The notes beneath the pieces are model-generated. The model had not been told where the DNA came from, made no database searches, and worked only from the letters and a program-made list of their open reading frames with translations. From Phoronis australis (lineage: Eukaryota; Animalia; Phoronida): 64,000 bases of DNA. The translations under genes and the position numbers were made by a program. The first letter of the stretch is position 1. Each line of letters starts with the position of its first letter. Positions 40,201 to 51,000 of this stretch are shown here, in pieces. The stretch lies in the NCBI GenBank assembly GCA_002633005.1, contig NMRA01000618.1:118232-182231 (forward strand), in the 5' to 3' direction.

Positions 40201-43200
40201 GAGCTCTTACATGCATACTGCATCCCGGTATCAACATACCTGTTTGTCTGCCGGTGTCTCCTGGGGCTTTATCAGGGATACGTTAGGCATTCGAGGTACC
40301 ACCCATAACCGACTTAAAATGACCATTCGTACCTCACCAAGTACCGAATGACTCGTAACAAAACAAATTGCTCTCAAGAAAGGTCCTGTCAGAAAATCCA
40401 AGACATTTCTAATGTTGAAGGAACTCAAACATTCAAGATACAAAACATTATATGTGCTTCAGTGCATATCACTGATCACGAGATTCCGTTCGCGCAACTA
40501 ATTTAAGATGAATAACTGTGCCACAGTGAGAATGGAATGACTCACTTGGCACAAAAATGTCCACCAGAAACTCACAAAAAACACAGTTGAGCTTGTTTTC
40601 AAACATTCAAATTTCCAAAAACTATGTTACGTATACTTATTAAAACAACGGTCAAAGAATTGTTTGTCGGTCAACACAAATTCATAATGTAGACTTATAA
40701 TTACATATATTTTTAAGATATAATGTACAGCCGTGCTTCATATGTGTTTTACTCAAAATGAAAAGAAATGTACCGACAGTAAACTGAGGAAAGTTTTCGC
40801 TAAATCACTGTAAAATTCGTGTATGGTGCTCGCAGTCACTACCGTCACCGTGATCTTTCTTACGTTCCTCATTTCTCGTTTCCCACTCTACAATATTAAA
40901 TCCAGTGGATGCAAGCATTATCCGAAAAAACCCAGCCAACTACAACGTATAACGTTGTATGCAGGAGCTGTTGAGTGATCATCGCTCTCGGAAGCGAGTT
41001 TCCCTAAATCTTTAATTTAGCTGAAACTCACCTGTCTACGGTACGTAACATACGATTAAACAGAAAACAACCAAATAATCTTCATTATATGCACCAGTTT
41101 CCTTCTTTTTCAACAGAGATGACGGTTAATGTAATTGAGAACGTACCGCTCGTGGCTCGCGGTGCTGGGGATTTCCGTTAAAGCGTGCTCATCACCACAG
41201 ATCGCCCAAAATGTGCTTTTCGGAAAAAAAGAAATATAGCCCGTGAGCGTTTCTTTTCGGAACAAAACTTGAATCAATCGCTGTCTCTAAAAACAGCTCT
41301 CACGTGCGCTTTTTCTGGAACAAAGAGCGACTTGAAGAAATCATCGTCGACTAGAGCACTTCATCGGTGATCGCCGGTATTAAAATACGACGTAAACTTG
41401 GAGCTAGAGACAATTTTGATGAGGAGAAAATGACATTTTTTAATTTTTAATAGAAAAAAAAATTGCAGGCGATCTGGCACACGTTGTACCAGACGTGTGC
41501 AGGCTGCGCATGTGGGATCATTGCACTAATCACCAATAACTATTTTTATGCTTTATCAATATATAGTTAAAACCGAGCTGAGGAGCTAGAAACCTGACTC
41601 AAAGGTCTAGCAGTGTGACCCAGTGGGACTCGGACCTACAACCTCGAGTAAACAAGGCGGACACCTACATGTATCACACTAGACCACACTGCCTCCTCAT
41701 ATTCCAGTTCGTTGATATCTATTGTTTTCTTAAAAATCACACGAAAGTGACACTAATTTGGGAATTTTTTTGCTTACTCATATAATCTTAATTGTGAAAT
41801 GAGGACTTTACCTAAGAATTAGCCGTCTCAAAGCTAAAACATACCGGTGCTCCAAAACTTAGTTGCAGAATGACGAGAAAGTACCTGCATTGTTTTCATA
41901 CCAATTCCGATAATTTTGCCGAAACGTTAACAAATGATTATACATATTGGTTTCCATTGCCAATGTGAAAACTTGTCTGCAATTGTTCTAGAGGAGGAAG
42001 TTCTATTCCATGCAACTAGCCCCAGAGTGAACCCATCTCGCACACATGTCCCTGTGTTTCAATAATTGACAAGAAGTACATGTATGAATATATCGTAGTC
42101 TTTATAAGGTAACACTTTGTTGGGGGAACACCAAGACATGTGCATTAACGTTCCAAAAACAAAAGTCCTTGAACCCTTGTGATTTTGTACATGTAAGTAT
42201 TGGAAAAGATATGGATCGTTCTTTACATGTAGGTACTCTTGGTATTTACAAGCGATGACTAACAAAGGTAAGCAGCTGTCAGTCACCAGTGTTATGGGCG
42301 ACGACTACGGCAAGGACATGAGCGTAGAGAAAATTATAACCCTGTCGAAAGCCATCTTCAAAAGAGAAAATGAACACCAGTATTCAGTAAAGAGTTGTCT
42401 CCATAGTAAGTAATGTAAACATTAGTTGACCTCATAAGATATGACCTGCTATATCTATTATTTTGGCGGGAATTGTATTGTCTACGTGTGCACTTGTAGA
42501 CCTCGGCACTCTTACACATTATGTTGAACAGACGTCGCTACAGAGACAATAGAAGTGTCATCTATTGCATGTTGCCAGTCAGGTGTACATGTAGGTGTTC
42601 TTCGAGCTTCAGATTTGACATTTACTTTAGTCGAAATTTGCCGGTTTCAAAAAACGTGCTAATGTAAGTCTTTATGATTTCCGCACACGTTGTCTCTAGT
42701 TTGGAGCAGTTGCTTGGTAAAATTTTTCAGAACAGTACATGTATGTTGCTGATATATGAAGAGCGTATGTACATGTACTTATAAAATTCTCAAATAAGAC
42801 CATATCAATAACTGTTGACACGTTCAGTTCATGAACACGAAGTGAATTATAAGTGCCTTGTGACATTTCAATCCAACACTAACAAATTCTGAGCTCAATA
42901 TCTGAAACTCGCTTCCTGAAAGCTTATACCAAAATTATCAAGACATATTATGAAACAGTTTCCATCATAAGCCATAACCGAAAGCGAAGAACGCCTTTTT
43001 ACCACAGGGCTGGTAATCTGAATAAATAACTTGTTTGAAAAGTATTACCATAGAGTATACAGGTATACATACACAACAGATATTTTACAACGCAATTCCC
43101 TGAAGAGTCGCCACTTCATATATTATTTTCAGTTTCCGCTTAGTGACGAGATAACCCTATAGCCCAATTTTACTGCCTAGAAGTACGAATTTTTTTTGCT

Positions 43201-44991
43201 CTGAAAGACCGTTCAACGTCTTTCTTTATTAGAGATCTCGGTTTCGAGAGTAATTTTGGCACTGATTCAGGTAACGCGTTTGCAACAATCAAGCTCTAAG
43301 AACACGAACCAAAGACATTGGGCTCACACACGAAAAGTAAAACGGACCAATTCGCTAGGTGGCGCTAATTGAATGAAGGCGTTGCGGCTTGAGCAGAGAT
43401 GTCGCGCATTGAGGGCATTATGCCTACCTGAAGTAGTTGGTGGTCCATGTAGTGAAGTCTTTGATTTTACATGGACAGTTAAAACGAAGGCTGTTTTATA
43501 GTACGGTAATACTGAGTTCTTGAGGAATTTTATAATATACGGTCTGAATCAAGGAGCGTTTCCTTTTATGAGGGTTTCATGCGCACTGTATATCAATGTA
43601 GTATATGCTTTTCTACTACATGTATCTCGTGACTACGTGAATTCCCTCCCGTCTAACTGACATACTTTTGCAGAACCATATGGCCCTTCTTGCCCCTGTA
43701 CGTACTCCAGTGACTGCATTACGCATGCGTGCTTGCCCTGCTCGGCGGGCTACAAAAATCCTTATATGGGCGGAGCTGAGAGCCAACCAACGTGCAGTCG
43801 CAAACTCTTCTGCAAGAATGAGGTGGAAGGAGTGCTTGCTGTGGATGTGAAATACGAAGCGTTCAAAAAGTTGAAGAAGAAGGCCGAGAAACGAAGTGGG
43901 GGTTTTAAATGCGGAAAACGGTAAATTATAATGCTTGCTGCGAAAGTTAAGTTATACTGTACGTCCATACTGTTGGTGAGCTTTGCGATGCAATTTTGAA
44001 AATGCTATTTCCGAATCAATCCAAGTCGATTGGCAGTTCACTGGATCACTGCGGCGGCACCTTTTGCTTGGTTACATGGCACGCTTTCCGTAACCTGAGA
44101 TCCATGCAGGTGAAAATGGTCTCATGCTTTGATTGTTCTCCTGGTCATGTCCCTTTTTATCGCAGGAAACTTCCTCTGCGGAACGCAACATCTTAAATTG
44201 CTTAGATACCGTAGAGGGACAAACAGTGTATACAACACCAGCCTCCCAATAAGAAGAAGCGAGATACAACGACAGCATGCCTTGCGGGCTATTGTCATTT
44301 CATGATCAGAAATTTTTAACGTCAGTGATGAATGATTCACTATCAAGTCTTTGGTGACGCCCCTCCTCGCTGTGTCAGATGTCGTAGTGTCCAGTTTCCT
44401 TTGTGCCTCTCCATGGCTATAGATACGCTTCTAAGGGCTTGGCATACTGTACATGCATCAATGTAAGTGAGATATGAAACACGGGTCTGTTTCGTGAAGT
44501 ACGAGATCAGACATTTTAACAAACTAACCAACCCGCTTCGTGTATTTTCTGATTGTAGATGTTACATTCTTGACGCCAATACCAACATAGTTATTGGTGG
44601 GGACACCAGTAGTATACCCGGCTACCACAAGTACACGTACCAGGACCGATCCGTCAGTTCTTACGAGGGGTTCGCCTTCAGAGATCTGATGTTGAAAACG
44701 GTCATTTCTCAAAGGAGCACATATAAGCAGGCCAAAGAGTGCTCGTTGATTTTCCATTACTGCCATCTGGTAAGGATATTATGGTGTCTGCCTTTGTCCG
44801 GTATTAAGAAAGGACGATCATACGGCAATGCAGTGTAAGCACGTTGTCATGAAGGTGGCGCTGCATTTTATGTGAGCCCCAAACGGCCGTAAAAGGGACT
44901 GTAGCTCATATTCAAGTTGAGATCACACCTTCATAAGTTTCGTAGAGGCTGTGAAGGACTTTATCGACAGATCTGTTTACATGCACACACA

Positions 44992-45065
<74 letters not shown>

Positions 45066-48000
45066 CATACATGTACATAATACATAGACATGCTGTAGAC
45101 AGACATAGACAGACATAGACATAGACTTATACCCACACACACGCGCGCGCACACACACACACATGTATACACATATATAAACAAATATTTAAAGTAGAAA
45201 ACCTGCAAAATTTGAATTTTGACTTTTTCCATTCTGCCATTAATGGCGGTTACATGAGCATGTGTTTTTAGAATAAAATTAAAAAATTGATAACAAAACA
45301 AAAGCTGTTTTAACCAAAACTAAATTAATGCTGTTACATTCCTCTTAATCATCACTTCGTTTTCGTTCCATGCAGCTTTTGAGTGATTTCGTGCAAATCA
45401 TAAGAGCGCCATTTTTGACAAACCCTCCATAAAAAGTGGAGCGTAAAAACGATTCCTGACAACGACTAGTAGAAAAGTACATCAATCATCGTAGTAAAAC
45501 TTTATATAAACCCGATTACACATTTCTGAAATAGAATATTCGTAAGTTAGCCACAAGTGGTCAATTTAAATTCAACATAAATGTAATGGATGGTGTGCCA
45601 ATATAAACCATGATTCGTTCGTCATAGTTGAGATCATGCATAAGTTACTGGACTCTGGGCCGTTGAGATGAACTCTGCCATCGACACTAACCCCTCTCTA
45701 TGTAATTTCTACTTGATAATTTGGTAGTTACATCGCCATATTTGTTATTTACTTGCAGTCACGAAATCACTGTTGACAAGACTTGCGACAACATGTTGGA
45801 GCAGGTTTGATCGTTGCACATGATTGTGCTCCAAAAGGGAATTCGTCTGTAACTAAAAATAGTTTAAAATAGATAAATACTGTAAATGACAGGTAATTTA
45901 TTGAATGACGTGTAGTGATAAAGATAATCAAAAAATTAAATTTGTAATTTCGATCCAAATCAAATAATATATTGTAATTCTGAATTTGTATTAAGGCTAG
46001 GTGATATAAATATTGTGGCATAGGCCTAGTATAGATGGACATTTTGGTTTTAGTACTACAGTTGAGATTCGAGACTGATGCTGCTGGTAGAGTATTGAAA
46101 TTAGATTTTAAACACATCCTAAACATGGCGATGTATTACTTTTTATGTTTTCTACAAATTATGATGTTAGTGAAGAAATGGGGTGGGAACCATCAAATTG
46201 TACGTATTGGAACAAATTGAACATATATAAACGAGGTTCATGACCTTACCAAATGATTTTTGAAAGGGACTTCTAGACTTGTGGAAATAATGGTTCTGGT
46301 GTTGTTACGAAATTTTTACTGGAAAAGCAACACCTTGAAGGTTTTATTGATATTAATAATTTATAATTCAAGATTTTCTAAGCAAAATATTTCTTAACAC
46401 TAAGAATAAACGGTGCGAAACAAGCTTAAATTAAATATTAATTTTACGTCTTGTTTAAACAACTTTTTCTGAATACATCGTGATCAGTGATACATGTATA
46501 ACTTTGACCTCAATTTTGATCGAAAAGTTTGCCTTTAAAAAGAGACTGGGCGATTTACAAATATCGCTAATGATGAAAGATCGTACTGACTACAGTTTAA
46601 ATTAAATAGGAATAAATTTCGCTGAATCATCTAGTCACTTAAGAAGTAATCTATTCTATGGAATTGCTTCTCATAACTGGGACTGGAATCATTTGAGTGT
46701 CAGACACATCATATGCTCAAGTTATGTTTCATGTACATGTAATTTCTTGTCAATTAACAGGAAATTGTTCAAGATGCTTTTTCAACCGTAATGCAATGTT
46801 ACACCCTACAGTTTAAGTATACGTGCATGTACATGCACATGTGACGTAACTAGAAATAGAACTGGCAATATTTATATTTAAGGTTTGCATAAATAATTGT
46901 TGAACAATTTCTACGGTAATTATCAGTACAACCTACATGTGTGAAGCACTACTTTCTACTTCTAGGACATACTTCATCACAAGGCCAAGACAACGAATGC
47001 CAAGCTAAAACTGCCGGTTAAACCATGCGTATTTAAACGGGTTTATTATGTAGTCGATGCAGAAATTATGAAAGAGCTCACAGTAACAGGTAAAATGAAA
47101 AATGTTTTCTTGTCATTTTATAAATTAAATATGCGGTAATTTTCGAGCGATACTAAACAACGCCAAAATTCAACAAGCTTCGGTCCACAAATCCAAAACT
47201 AAATGGCGATTTCTTTTTGACTCTCAACACTATTTTAATCTCGGCAAAACCGCAACAGATGCTCGATCCACTTTGTTGAAAATGAGTCAGTCTATTAGAA
47301 TAAACATTTACCAGCTTGGTGCAATGACGCCATGTCAACCTACAGGAGTTCGACGTCAACTCAATTTTGTTGCGACACAAGTTCGACTAAGTTGCCGAAT
47401 AATTTTGGCAAAATATTTATCCAAGTTTGGCAGAGTATGACACAATTTTGTTGAAATCTGTCTAGTTTACTTTGAAAATTCCATAGCCATTACTCATATT
47501 CATTGGCCTTTTAAGGGATGTCGATAAGTGATAAGAGCGCGTGCTAGCGCATACAGGTAACTGTGTGTGATCCAAACAATTTAACACCTTTACTAATATT
47601 GATTCGCTGGCAAATAATGTCACAGCTGTGCTGACTAATGCCATCAATGTTGCCTGTCCGATGACGATGGTGCGGCTTACTGGTAAACCTAATCGGCAGA
47701 TATGTTGGACCACAGAGCTTGCATCTCTTCAGAAGAAGGCAAGAAAACTAGCTCATCGGATTGCCTAGCGAGAAGACTCTGAAGAGGACTGGAACGCCTA
47801 CCGTCAGGCAAACAGAACCATCAAGTCTGCTACACGTAGGGCAAAAAGGGGCTCGAGGAGAAAGTTTTGCAACCAATATTTAAGTTTGTGAGCAACGGGA
47901 AAACTTGTTTAGATTCTAATGAAGGGCAAGACTGCTCAGTTGGAGACTGTCCAACCAAAAGACGGTTCATACACCAGTTCACCTGGCCAAACTCTCAGGG

Positions 48001-51000
48001 CCATGATGGACAAACATTGTCCCGGTAGTTTGATTTCTTGGTCATGGAACTAGAGAAGTAGCATGTGACGGGCAAGAACAGGAAATCCATATGGACTTTC
48101 TTGATGAGATGGTTAATATTCATCTCGTTAAATTGGCCGTCATGACTTTTAAACCATGGAAGGCCCCCGGGCAAGATATGGTATTTCCTAAGATGGTACA
48201 GGAAGCAGGAACCAAGCTTTTCCAAATCCTGTCTAATCTTTACAAGTCCAGTCTTAGACTAGGTTACGTCCCAGAAACCTGAACTGAGACAAGGGTTGTT
48301 TTTATTGCCAAACCTGGCATGGATTCTTACTTCAAAACGAACTGCTTTAGACTATAACTCTAACCTCCTTCTTCTTGAAAAGTCTTGAGAAATTGTTTCT
48401 CTGGCAGTTAGAAAGGCAAGATGTTATGAGCACACTTCTGAGAAATCAGTTCGCTTACAGAGCTGGCTTTTCTAAAGAGACTGCTCTTCATCTTCGTGTC
48501 AGACAGCTTGAAAATGCTGTATACAATAAATTTTTGCTCTTGGCACTTTCGTCGACATTGTTGGTGCCTTCAGCTACATTAAACACGATGCTATCTACAT
48601 GTATAATGCACTTGTTCAATTTCAGATTGACAAAGTGCTTATAAGGTGGATTATGTACATGCTGAGCAGTCAGACTGTAACAGCTAAGCTTGAGGGAGCT
48701 AGTGTGACTGTCCGTCTCACTAGAGGTACTCCACAAGGTGGTACCGCTTCACATGCTCTCTTCAATGAGGTCATGGACTGCCTGTTAAGGCAACTGTTGG
48801 CTAACATTGGGCAAGGTCTAGTTGTACAGGCCTATGCTGATGACATTGCCTTCTGCGTGTCAAGTGTTGATGCTTGCACATGCCGCAGTATTGTCCAGAA
48901 GGCACTTAATATTGCTATTCGATGGACTGAGACAGTTGGCTTGGAGATCAATAGCATTAAAACAAAAGTGTTGATGTTCACCTGGAAGTGGAAGTGGAAT
49001 GTAAAACCATTAAGCTCTATAGTACTGAACTCCCACTCCAAGAAAAGTCACCTACCTAGGTGTTACTCTCCACCATCGCCTTTTCTGGACACCTCACATG
49101 ATGGACAAGATAACCAAGTCCAAGTCGGCCCTGGTAAGGTGTTGCCGAGTAAAACTGTGGACTCTCCTGAAAATTCTCTCTGGATCTACACTGGTGTTAT
49201 CAGAACGATGTTAGCTTACTTAGCATCAATAAGGATAACATCTCTTGGACAGAGCACTGTTAGAACTAAACTGACACAAATATAGCGTTTAACTTGCTTG
49301 TGTGTTACTTCTGCTTTTCCAGGGACACCTACAGCTGCAGTGGAAATACTTATTGGTTTGCCACCCCTGCATATTTACCTCAGGGGTGAAGCTGTGCTTG
49401 CAGCTTACCGTATGAGGTGTAATGGGCAGTGGAGTAATGTACGAATCATTGATACTGTTGCAACAAGTTAATGTCAGAAACTGGACGACTCTTGGCAGTG
49501 CCAAGTGATGTTTTAGTGACGACCCTAAATCACTGACACAATTTCTATACAGTAATTGGAGCTGTTCACGAAATCATTGATTACAATGACTAACAGTCCG
49601 TTTGTTGCACTGATGGCTCTAAACTTGACAACGGACAGTCAGGATCAGGAATTTACTTTCCAGACTCGGACCTTGCAGGTAACGACAAAGAAAGCTGGAT
49701 CTCACTGGGCAACAACGTAACAGTGTTAGCTCATACAGGTTAAATAGTCTTTCTGTTATTCTGAAACAAATGAGGAATACATTGGAGTCGTGTCCCCATG
49801 AGTCATAATCAGGTGATTAGTGTAATGGGCCTTGCCTTTTGGCCTAAACACGCCTGATGTACCGCAAAAGGCATCAGGCCACCTGCACCCCTTTTTAAAA
49901 AATAATTTAATCCAGTATCCAGTGTCGTGCAGGCGATCGTTTATTTGGCATTAGGTGGTAGGTAAGTTGGGAAACTAGATGGTGTATGTACCTAGTATTC
50001 ACACGTTTCTATGATCAACGATTTTATGTCTGATTGAAATGCTACTAATGTGAAGAGATCGCAAATCTTACAGCTAGGTCCTCTGTCTGTGCTACTCGGG
50101 ACCACAGATGCCCCACTTTCACTTGCGTTTATGACGTCCCCAGGGGTCGGTAAGGCCAATCGTCATCACCTTCACCATCCTCATGATTCTCACCAATACC
50201 ACTATATTCGTACCAGTCACTGCATATGTACTCTATCATAAATGTGGTGTAATGTTTGGGCCAATAGGAAGTTTAGAAGACGATCCGTGCAGTGGGACTG
50301 GCACGTATTATTTCACATGGGTACCGGATCTTGACCTGTACATACTGAAAGCTAACGCCACCAAGGCGAAGACGCATTTCGATTTCAACTGCCATATCAT
50401 GAACAGGTAGGTGAAAGCTCTTGCTTCAGGTTTTAATATTATCGCAATCTCGTGTTCGTGCACGAATCTTGCAAAAAAGAAACGAGGACATGACCAACAC
50501 AATGCAATGAAATGCGCTGATGATGCATACATGTAGTAACCGTTATGATCGCAGAGGTGTTCATCAGCTTCCTGTAAGGTACAGCACAGGCCGTGCGCCG
50601 TACAGAACTCCATTCTTGTGACCATGTTGTTAGGGAAGCAACTTTATTTTTTCTCTGCAGCTAAACATATTTTTAACATTCGATACCCGAAAAGTACCCA
50701 TACTAAAATTGCAAATAAAAAAGTTTTCCACGCCCAGTAGTCCTAATTTAATATTTTTAGCGAGATGGGCCGCTGTGTGCTGTCTCTTTAGCCAATCACA
50801 AGCTTAGTAATGGAGAAGATAAAGAAGTATTTCAACATGGCTACCTCCGTATGTTGTGCCGTGAACCATACACTGTAGATGGTCAAGCAGTGTCAACGGT
50901 TATCATTTCTTGGAAACAACAGAGGAAAAAGTCAGCGAGTGTGTAGAGAATGTCTTTTTATAAGATAAAAAGGGTGCTAGTGATGAACATAATGTATGTG

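Noticed and set aside
45759-45892. Candidate exon (ttgcag ... ag|gtaatt)
   Set aside because: Stops in all three frames.
44893-46598. Another Kolobok-like element (AAGGGACTGTAGCTCA ... TGACTACAGTTTAA)
   Set aside because: The terminal match is short and gapped and the TSD is not clean; too weak to call.
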